This document shows, in pieces, positions 40,015-48,141 of a DNA stretch of 64,000 nucleotides. The DNA is taken from the NCBI GenBank assembly GCA_041697335.1, contig JBGUGD010000014.1, positions 32,001 through 96,000 of the forward strand, in the 5' to 3' direction. Below the pieces are notes generated by a model. The model did no database searches and was not told the DNA's origin. It saw only the letters and a list, made by a program, of their open reading frames with translations. This stretch comes from Vampirovibrionaceae bacterium NZW_1234 (GTDB lineage: Bacteria; Cyanobacteriota; Vampirovibrionia; Vampirovibrionales; JAGQHJ01). Each line of letters begins with the position of its first letter. The stretch's first letter is position 1. The translations under genes and the position numbers were made by a program.

Positions 40015-40890
40015 ATGAGGAAGCAGCAACCAGTCCCGGTAGGTGACGGCTTTGACGCGACCTTGGCCTATCTTTTTTATGGCCTGGATCCGGCACATGA
40101 CGTCTTAAACGAATCGACCTACATTTTTGATATCCTGAACTCCGAGTCCAAAACCAAAGGCCTTTCAATGACGCGTGTCTTAGGCGATGACATTCAATTC
40201 GTCAGCCGTTGGCCTGAAAACAAATTCCCCCTCAAAATATTTATTAGCCCGGATTATGGGGTCCTCTTCTCTCCGGGAGAATTAAAACAACTGCGTACCA
40301 TTATTGGCGAGGTTGTCGGTGAGATTGAAGCCATTAACCCGGACCAGTTTCGCTTTACGTATGTGTCCCAGCGTCACCAAGCCGATATTGTGATGCTTTG
40401 CCGTCGGGATGATAAAAAATTACTTCATCACACGTTTCCCGCACTTGGTGCCGAAAAAGAACTCACATACGCCGAAATCACATTGACGATTACCACCCAA
40501 GTCAGTCATGACAGTGTGCGGTATCAAGTGATGCACCAACTCCTTCACGCCTTAGGCATGTTGGGACACAGTGATAATCCCTTTGACTCGGGCTACATCA
40601 CCTGGAATCCTCAACAGGCACTCCTGACGCCTCGGGATATTGCCACCCTGAGGTTACTGTATCGCTGTCCCATTGGTATGAGTGAGTCCGATTTAAAGTT
40701 ACTTTGGGATCAATATCAGGCTCGCTACCCTGGGCTCAAGCTCAATGCCCAAGTACAGGCTGTCCTTGGGAACCCGAATCAGGTTCCAACGCCAATGCCT
40801 GCCATGTTTGGTACTGCAACACTGTCCGCCCAAGAACGCCAGCTGCAAGAGTCAGTGCGCCATAGCCTTCGCCACGTTAAAACCGCCTGA
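40015..40890 (+). CDS. Matrixin/M10-like metallopeptidase homologue with catalytic Glu replaced (HQLLHALGMLGH)
   Basis: RW...FPLKIFI, ADIV, HxxxHxxGxxGHS..P.D, LTPRDIATLRLLY. Confidence 0.7.
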   Translation: MRKQQPVPVGDGFDATLAYLFYGLDPAHDVLNESTYIFDILNSESKTKGLSMTRVLGDDIQFVSRWPENKFPLKIFISPDYGVLFSPGELKQLRTIIGEVVGEIEAINPDQFRFTYVSQRHQADIVMLCRRDDKKLLHHTFPALGAEKELTYAEITLTITTQVSHDSVRYQVMHQLLHALGMLGHSDNPFDSGYITWNPQQALLTPRDIATLRLLYRCPIGMSESDLKLLWDQYQARYPGLKLNAQVQAVLGNPNQVPTPMPAMFGTATLSAQERQLQESVRHSLRHVKTA

Positions 40891-40902
40891 TTTAATTGCA
40901 AA

Positions 40903-41946
40903 TCACTCTCTTAACGCATCGTCAACGAATTGGCGTAATTTGGAAGCAGTCACACAATAGCCAATACTGCTTCCCGGGCTCAAAAGTGCCGTATTCATCC
41001 CGAGAACCTTTCCATCCGTTGTCACCAAAGGCCCTCCGGAATTGCCGGGGTTAATTGCAGCATCGGTCTGAATCATATTGGGATTGGCTGGGCCATCCAG
41101 CCCCTGCAAGGGAATCGTTCGCCCGGTGGCAGACACCAAGCCCATGGTCACGGTCCAACCATGAGAATGGGGGTGCCCGACCGCGAGAACAATTTCCCCA
41201 ACGATGTCCTCTTCTGACTCTGCCAGGGACAAGGTGGGCAAATCAACCGGGGCTGCAACTTTCACCAGGGCAATATCCTGATCCTTGTCGCGTTTTACCA
41301 CGACGGCATCGTATTGACGGCCGTCCAGCAACTTCACCGTTACCCGAGGCCTGTCTTGAACCACATGGGCATTGGTTAAAATCAACCCATCCCGGCGAAT
41401 CACGAACCCACTGCCTCGGAAGGATGAACGCCGTCCATAGACTTCCTCCGAAGGCAGTGGATAATCAATACCCACCACAGCCGGTTTTACTTTTTTTGCC
41501 AGGGTCTTCAATTCCCGTGACATTGCGTTCAGCACATTTGGAGAGCGTGTTACCTGTGCCTGAAAAGCCTCATCGACTTCTCGAAGGCGCTTGGGATCCA
41601 AAGCGTGCGGCTCAATACCGTCGGTTTTTGTCTTTTCGGCCAGAGCCACTTCCATCCGATGCAGTTTTTGTTCGGCTCGATACAACATAATGCCCTGAGC
41701 CAAAATAAGCGCGGAGGGTGGAAATAGCAAAGCCCCTAAAAATATCGCTTTTCTAACCCACCGAGGCCTGGAACGCTGATAATTATTTTCCCGAGGCACA
41801 GCCTCATCGCCAGGGAGCGCTTCTGGTGGCATCTTCAAAGGCTGATCTTCGTCCTGAACATGCCCAAAACGCACTTGAGCCTGGTAATTTAAATTGCGCC
41901 CCAAGCACACATTCTGTGAGGCGTTAATAACCCTCAGCCCAGTCAT
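40903..41946 (-). CDS. HtrA/DegP-like trypsin serine protease, TM-anchored, no PDZ domain
   Basis: GSGFV, LTNAHVV, DIALVKV, IQTDAAINPGNSGGPL. SD AGGAG before ATG 41946. Confidence 0.92.
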   Translation of the reverse strand: MTGLRVINASQNVCLGRNLNYQAQVRFGHVQDEDQPLKMPPEALPGDEAVPRENNYQRSRPRWVRKAIFLGALLFPPSALILAQGIMLYRAEQKLHRMEVALAEKTKTDGIEPHALDPKRLREVDEAFQAQVTRSPNVLNAMSRELKTLAKKVKPAVVGIDYPLPSEEVYGRRSSFRGSGFVIRRDGLILTNAHVVQDRPRVTVKLLDGRQYDAVVVKRDKDQDIALVKVAAPVDLPTLSLAESEEDIVGEIVLAVGHPHSHGWTVTMGLVSATGRTIPLQGLDGPANPNMIQTDAAINPGNSGGPLVTTDGKVLGMNTALLSPGSSIGYCVTASKLRQFVDDALRE

Positions 41947-42181
41947 AAAATCGTCTCCTGACGAAATTCCAGCATGTCGAAACGAATATCCATTACACTC
42001 CCCTGTGTCCTTCTTCGTGATGTTACCGGGAAGGCAGAGTCCATGCAAGGCTTCATGATGGTAATAGCCGCCCCCGTGGTATGAAGAATTGTTACAAGGC
42101 GGCCAGACTTTGGCATCTCCATACATTTAGAGGAATTTATATTCAAAAGGCCCAATGGGCAAATGTTACCGGTATTCCTGA

Positions 42182-43261
42182 ATGTTACACTTGCACATCT
42201 CTCCCCGACGGACTGATTATCCCTATTCCACACAATTGCAGCCGAAGTTTGCCTCCAGCACACCTCGGCATAAACACTTGCGAGACAATGCCCTGGGGAC
42301 CGATCAGCGTCCGGTCCTTGGGGCCGAAACCACGCGTAAATCATTTCTCAGTTCTGTCATTGATGGGATTCACCGATTTTTTCAAAACGTTTTATTTCTG
42401 GGAGCCATTGTTCTTGCCTCCTGGATTCCGAGCCAACGCCTGCGGAACTACATAGAGACCCGTGCACTGTACGAACCTTCCAAAGGTGTTGCTTTGGATC
42501 ATTTGGGAGATAAGGCGTTAGAGAAAAAAATTCGGATTCAGCATTTTAAAGCCCCAGATGGTACAGCATTAGAAGGCTGGTATATTCCAGCGAAGAAAGG
42601 TAAACCGACCATTTTATATGCCCATGGACGTTCCAGTAACATGGCTGACACAAAGCCGGTTATTCTTGCCTTTAGCCAGCGCGGGTATGGGATTATGGTG
42701 GTTGATTATCGAGGCTTCGGCAACAGCGCAGGCACCCCCACAGAGCAAGGCGTCAGCATGGATTTGGAAGCTGCCAGCACTCATCTGGCTAAAAAACTGG
42801 GTGTTCCATCCTCTCAGCAAGTTCTCGTCGGGAACTCCCTGGGCGGCGCTATTGCGGCGGATGTTGCCACTCGAAAGCCCTTTAAAGCCGTTATGCTGAC
42901 GTCCACCTTTACGAGCCTGAAAGAGACGTTGAAATACCACCGGGAAAAATGTAACTGGCTATTACGCCATCTGGTCGCCGAGAACATTGTGAAAGCCCAG
43001 TTCGACACGCTGAAGAAAATCCCGCTCATCCAATCCCCGCTTCTCATTGCCCAAGGGGAAGCAGACGATGTAACGCCCCCCAGTATGGGGGAACGCCTAA
43101 TCCGCCATGCGAGAGGGACCCGGCTTAAGCATTTATTCAGGATAAAAGCCTGTGATCATTACCAAGTCTTTCGCTCTGCTGCAAACAAGGTCATCGATCG
43201 TCTGGAATGGCTTCTCAAAAAAATTGATGACATCCATGGTTCAGCCCCAGTAACCCAGTAA
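42182..43261 (+). CDS. Alpha/beta hydrolase (ABHD12/13-like)
   Basis: LEGWYIP, YAHG, DYRGFGNS.G.PTE.G, GNSLGG, G..DD.TP, DH. Confidence 0.92.
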   Translation: MLHLHISPRRTDYPYSTQLQPKFASSTPRHKHLRDNALGTDQRPVLGAETTRKSFLSSVIDGIHRFFQNVLFLGAIVLASWIPSQRLRNYIETRALYEPSKGVALDHLGDKALEKKIRIQHFKAPDGTALEGWYIPAKKGKPTILYAHGRSSNMADTKPVILAFSQRGYGIMVVDYRGFGNSAGTPTEQGVSMDLEAASTHLAKKLGVPSSQQVLVGNSLGGAIAADVATRKPFKAVMLTSTFTSLKETLKYHREKCNWLLRHLVAENIVKAQFDTLKKIPLIQSPLLIAQGEADDVTPPSMGERLIRHARGTRLKHLFRIKACDHYQVFRSAANKVIDRLEWLLKKIDDIHGSAPVTQ

Positions 43262-43408
43262 CCCTCCAGCTGAACCTTCCTATCCAACAGAACAGGAACA
43301 ATTAGCGAGGGTCTATCGTCAACGGGCACAGCCCTCAGAAAACACTGGACGTGTCTGTTTGGGGCATTTAAAATCGTACCAAGCACGATGAAGGAGATTT
43401 TTTACATT

Positions 43409-44245
43409 ATGCCCGTCACTCGCTTTGCTCTGACCCTCTCGCTCGCTGGATTCTTCTTGCTGAATGCGCCCGCATTTACGGCAGACCCTACTCCAACACA
43501 AACGCCTCCTTCGAGTGCCCAGAAGACAGACACTTCAACCGCTGCAACTTCCGCAACAACGTCCAATTCAAATAACACAGGCAAGACTAAGAAAGTGTTT
43601 GCCATGACCGCCTCTCAGGATGCGCTTAAGATCACCGACGACATTGCTTTAGCTGAAAAGCAAGCCCAGGAAAACCCGGATGACCCTGAGGCCCACTTTC
43701 TTTTGGCTGCGGCCTACAGCCGTAGTCCTCACCTCGACAAAGCTTTTTGGGAAATGAAAAAGACCAAAGAGCTTCTCAAAGCGAAACAGGATTTTGAATT
43801 CATCGATCGGACCATTACTGACTACGAAGCCGTGCGTCAAGAACAGCCAAATGACACTGTGGTGTTATATCGCCTGGCAATGGCTTATTTTTTCAAAGGC
43901 TACACCATTGAAAAGTACCCGCATCACTACAAAAACGCTCCAACCGGCGCTGCTATTGATTTTTACGACAAAGCCCAGACCATGATGCGTCAAGTTATTG
44001 CCCTCGACCCTCAAGACACCTGGGCAATGAACTATCTGGGCTATCTGGTCTCTGACAACGGAAAGCATTTGTCAAAAGGCATTGATCTGTGGCAGGAATC
44101 TCTTCGGATCAATGACCGAGACAATGCGGGGGCCTACCTGTTATTAAGCCAAGCCTACATGCAGAAAGGTGACATCCAAAAAGCTTTGGTGTATGGTGCC
44201 AAAGGCCTTGCTATTCAACAGTCTGTAGGACTTACCCTGCCATGA
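43409..44245 (+). CDS. Tetratricopeptide repeat protein with signal peptide
   Basis: Hydrophobic N-terminus; TPR units (NPDDPEAHFLLAAAY; DPQDTWAMNYLGY). Confidence 0.85.
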   Translation: MPVTRFALTLSLAGFFLLNAPAFTADPTPTQTPPSSAQKTDTSTAATSATTSNSNNTGKTKKVFAMTASQDALKITDDIALAEKQAQENPDDPEAHFLLAAAYSRSPHLDKAFWEMKKTKELLKAKQDFEFIDRTITDYEAVRQEQPNDTVVLYRLAMAYFFKGYTIEKYPHHYKNAPTGAAIDFYDKAQTMMRQVIALDPQDTWAMNYLGYLVSDNGKHLSKGIDLWQESLRINDRDNAGAYLLLSQAYMQKGDIQKALVYGAKGLAIQQSVGLTLP

Positions 44246-44838
44246 AACTCAAAAACCTTGGTGTTTTCCTCTTTATTGCCCTGCTGGTTCTGGCCGGTAG
44301 CAGCGCCATGCTCTACACACACTTTCGGCTAAAAGCTCAGCAAACCTCCGAATTTTCACCCGATATCAAAAAAATAGAGCGTGCCAAAGGGGAAACCATC
44401 ACCTTGACCGAAACCCAAAATGGGAATCGCAAGTGGGTGCTTAAGATGAATGAAGTGAAATACAGCAAGGACAACAATACGGCCCATATGTCCAAAGTGC
44501 AGGGCCTGGTCTATGGCGACAAAAAAGGAGACACGCAAGAGGTTCTCTTTACCTTTGAAGCTCCGGCCGGCACGTATTTTAAAGACAAAAATCATGTGTA
44601 TCTGACAGATGGCGCCAAAATGGTATCGCCCAGTGCCAAAATCATCATTATGGCTCCCAATATGGACTGGTCCTCCCAAACCAATACCGTCAATGCCTCT
44701 GGCGGTGTGAAGATGCGTAAAGAGCACTTTGGGGAGTCCTCCGCCAATAAAGCCGTTTTCGCCATGGACTTCTCTAAAATTCAATTTCTGGGCCAAGCAA
44801 CATCTGTCTTGGGAAGTCCTCCAAATACCCGAGATTAG
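44242..44838 (+). CDS. lptC: LPS export protein LptC
   Basis: N-terminal TM; ITLTET.NG.RKW.L; beta-jellyroll pattern (W.......A.GGV). Confidence 0.7.
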   Translation: MKLKNLGVFLFIALLVLAGSSAMLYTHFRLKAQQTSEFSPDIKKIERAKGETITLTETQNGNRKWVLKMNEVKYSKDNNTAHMSKVQGLVYGDKKGDTQEVLFTFEAPAGTYFKDKNHVYLTDGAKMVSPSAKIIIMAPNMDWSSQTNTVNASGGVKMRKEHFGESSANKAVFAMDFSKIQFLGQATSVLGSPPNTRD

Positions 44839-44962
44839 AAAAGCTCGAAGCCTTGTATACTTATGGATGTACCCCTATGCCTTTGTCCCGGCATGGCGGT
44901 TTCGGGTTGTGGGAAACCGGTTCCCCGCGATCGTAACACCGATACTGACATGACAGGCCTTT

Positions 44963-45886
44963 ATGTTTTCCAAACTCCTTGGACTGATTAAGCCCAAATC
45001 CCCGGAAACATTGTATAACCAATCCCTGGATCTTTACGATCGGGGACGTTATGACAAGGCCTTGAAAACCCTGAGAAAGGCCATCAAGCAAAAACCGGAT
45101 CTGGCCATCGTCCACTACACTCAAGGACTCTGTCATGAAAAGCTCGGAGATTTAGAAAGCGCTAAAAAAGCCTTTCAAACCTGCCTGCAATATGACCCTC
45201 AGGATCAGGACTGTCTTTACAATTTAGCTCGCATCCTCTACAACCAGCAGGAGCTGGAAACAGCCATGGCCTATGCCGAATATGCGGACAGCCTGGTCGA
45301 GGATCCGGGGGATGATCAAATTGCCTACTTGCTGGGGCTGATTTACGAAGAAATTGGTGATCACCCCCTGGCCATTGCGGCGTACAAAAAATCCCTTGCC
45401 ATTAATCCGGAGCAAATCATTGCCGGCCTGTTCCTGGGAAAGCTCTACCTCCAGCTTCAACAGGTAGACGAGGCGATTGACCTTTTGCGCCAATTGGCAG
45501 AATCTGATCCGGGACACCTGGAAGTGAATTATGAATTGGCCATGAGCTTGGCTAAGAAAAACCAGTGGGAAGAGGCGATTGGGTATTTTCAACGGGTCAT
45601 TGAAATCGATTCGACCTACATTACGGCCTACAACCAGTTAGGTTTATGCTTTTACTGTACTGACAGACTCCCGGAGGCTGTCGACTGCTATGAACGAGCC
45701 CTTTCCTTCCAGCCAGACTATGCCACTGTCATCAATAACCTGGCGTATACCTACGAAAAAATGAAGCAATACGACAAAGCCATCGAGAAGTTCAAAGCCT
45801 ACCGGCCCTTTGTGGAAGATCAGCCCGGCGAATTGGTTGAGTTGGACGAGCATATTTTACTCCTGGAACAAAAACTTAAAGAGTAA
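44963..45886 (+). CDS. Tetratricopeptide repeat protein
   Basis: About 8 canonical TPR repeats. Confidence 0.92.
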   Translation: MFSKLLGLIKPKSPETLYNQSLDLYDRGRYDKALKTLRKAIKQKPDLAIVHYTQGLCHEKLGDLESAKKAFQTCLQYDPQDQDCLYNLARILYNQQELETAMAYAEYADSLVEDPGDDQIAYLLGLIYEEIGDHPLAIAAYKKSLAINPEQIIAGLFLGKLYLQLQQVDEAIDLLRQLAESDPGHLEVNYELAMSLAKKNQWEEAIGYFQRVIEIDSTYITAYNQLGLCFYCTDRLPEAVDCYERALSFQPDYATVINNLAYTYEKMKQYDKAIEKFKAYRPFVEDQPGELVELDEHILLLEQKLKE

Positions 45887-45893
45887 AACCCCG

Positions 45894-45927
45894 TCAACGC
45901 CAAGTGCTGGAAGCATCTTGGCGTTGA
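45894..45927. terminator. Hairpin/terminator between convergent genes
   Basis: TCAACGCCAAG-TGCT...AGCA-T-CTTGGCGTTGA. Confidence 0.65.
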
Positions 45928-45951
45928 TATAGCTGTTTCTGCGGTTTGAAT

Positions 45952-48021
45952 TTAGCCTTCCAATCCCTCATCCTGAGGAACGGTCAACCAGGGATAAATG
46001 AAATCCTGGGCATCAATGAAGCGATCAAAGGGACTGGAGTTAGCGGCCAGGGCAGTAAAAACGTTATTGGTTTCAGTACCCAGATCAATCATCCCATCGC
46101 CATCGGGATCCACCAGCGAAGCACTGGTCCCGAAGAGATCCTTCATCCATGAAGCCTGGTTCAATACATTTTCAATGGCTTGTGCAATCAAATATTGACT
46201 TACTTGGCCATTGTTGCCTGCAGCTTCACGTCCCAAGGCCAATTCTTCGGCACTGACTTTATTGTCGTTGTTAGTATCGTACTTTTTGAACCAACTGCGA
46301 ACCGTCGATGCCGTTTCTGGCATCCAATCAAACTGCACTGCTTTCGTATCTTCTATGGAAAGCCGGTCAGAATCACCGAATGCCGCTGCCAAGTGATTGG
46401 CTTCGCTATAGCGACGATTTTCACCACTGCAACCGCAGTCATAATTCAACTTACCATCACCGTTGATATCCAGAACTGGTGAGCCCATCTTGAGAAGATC
46501 TGCCAGATGGCGAGCTGCATTGGCAAAGTCATCCTGATTTTTGCTTGCAAAGAACTTGGCTGCTTCACTCAGTTCCCGAACACTCAAAGCGTTATCTTTA
46601 TTTTTGTCAAAATCATTGGCTTTGGTCATTGCGAAAATCAGGTTGTTAACATTGACTTCATCAAACTTGGGCAGGAAGGGCATGTAACTGCCAATTTTAC
46701 GTAATAACCCGGTTAAAGGCTGAGTTCTGGCATTGAAGGTTTCACCCAGAATACCTTCCGGCAAATCATCTGCTTTAACACCCTTGGCACCGGATTTGAC
46801 TTCAATACTCAGGCTGTTACCGTCCACTTCAGAGCCTTGATGAGACTTCACAATCGTAGTCATCCCATCCGGAGTTGTGATTTCAACCTGATCGGCTGCA
46901 ATCAACTTGTAAACAGTGCCATCTTCTGTGGTATGTGTTGCTTTCGCCGTTGTCAGCGTAATGGTCTTCAGAGCAAACGGTGCATCTTTGTCCGTAATCT
47001 TGAGTTGAGCGATATTGTCGGCATTCAACTCAACAACGTTGGCCCCGGATTTGATGGAAAGCGTTCTCGGCAATAAGGCAGATCCTTTTACTTCAGCCAG
47101 GGCTTGCTGATAGGCTTCATTATTAATGGCCGTGATGTCGACAGGATCCTCTTCACCGTCGATCTCTTCGCCCTCGTCAACCCCTTCGATGTCGCCGCCT
47201 TCTAAAATGGTTACCGGGGCACTATCTTTGAGAGGAGCAAGATTACGTTGATAACCAACGGAAATCATAATTTCTGCTAAACCATTGTCCTCATCATTAT
47301 GATAGACAATAAATTCCTGTAAGCCCGTGATTTGTTCTTCCGTCTCAACACTTGTATCTAAGGGCAGCGTGTATTTTTCACCCTTGGCACCGGTAATCTG
47401 GTTCCCGACCAGAGTTGCTGATTTATTGGCAGCCACCAGTGTTGAAGTCGGATTGTTGACAGGTGCAGGCGTAATATCATCGTCATCGTCATCATCCTCG
47501 TCGTCATCGACATCTTGGACGTTATCCGTTTTCTTGGGGCTGGCGGCCTTCAGTATGGCGCTCAAGATCAACATATTCACCAAATCATCGGTCAAACCGA
47601 ATAACGATCCTAAACCTTGATTGCTCTTCGGTAAGCCACTGATGCTGTTACCGGCAATGGCCGTGGCTGAACCGAAGAAATTGCGAAGTGCGCCTAAGCC
47701 ACTGCCTCGAGCCAGTGTGGAAGCAGGAAAGAAACCGCCCGGGGATGCAAGTGCAAGCTTGGCTCTCGGATCGGCATAGGCGTTGGGAAATCCTTGAGGG
47801 TTGCTAAACCAGGAGTTGATAGGTGTGTTAGGCATGCCATAAGCCATTTCAGGCAGCATGGTGAAATCCACCATGTCAAAGGGCATGGGTTCAATTCTCG
47901 GATCAGAATACCCTCCAGGATTCACAGGAGGAAAAGAAGCACCCGGATAATTTCCAGGAGCACCATAAAATGCGGCCCCAGGAAAGCCACCTGCTTGATA
48001 GGCTGATCTGACAAAATCCAT
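45952..48021 (-). CDS. Acidic EF-hand-containing protein with Gly/Pro-rich N-terminus
   Basis: DKNKDNALSVRE, DINGDGKLNY, DTNNDNKVSAEE and DPDGDGMID loops; poly-Asp tract; SD AAGGA. Confidence 0.75.
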   Translation of the reverse strand: MDFVRSAYQAGGFPGAAFYGAPGNYPGASFPPVNPGGYSDPRIEPMPFDMVDFTMLPEMAYGMPNTPINSWFSNPQGFPNAYADPRAKLALASPGGFFPASTLARGSGLGALRNFFGSATAIAGNSISGLPKSNQGLGSLFGLTDDLVNMLILSAILKAASPKKTDNVQDVDDDEDDDDDDDITPAPVNNPTSTLVAANKSATLVGNQITGAKGEKYTLPLDTSVETEEQITGLQEFIVYHNDEDNGLAEIMISVGYQRNLAPLKDSAPVTILEGGDIEGVDEGEEIDGEEDPVDITAINNEAYQQALAEVKGSALLPRTLSIKSGANVVELNADNIAQLKITDKDAPFALKTITLTTAKATHTTEDGTVYKLIAADQVEITTPDGMTTIVKSHQGSEVDGNSLSIEVKSGAKGVKADDLPEGILGETFNARTQPLTGLLRKIGSYMPFLPKFDEVNVNNLIFAMTKANDFDKNKDNALSVRELSEAAKFFASKNQDDFANAARHLADLLKMGSPVLDINGDGKLNYDCGCSGENRRYSEANHLAAAFGDSDRLSIEDTKAVQFDWMPETASTVRSWFKKYDTNNDNKVSAEELALGREAAGNNGQVSQYLIAQAIENVLNQASWMKDLFGTSASLVDPDGDGMIDLGTETNNVFTALAANSSPFDRFIDAQDFIYPWLTVPQDEGLEG

Positions 48022-48141
48022 CACACACAATCCTTTTGTTTACACACATCTCTGTATCAATAAAAAAACAGGGATGTAAAAGATTGCTCAAAAACAACGC
48101 CTTGTTAAATAATATTTACATATAAAATATATAACTAAGAC

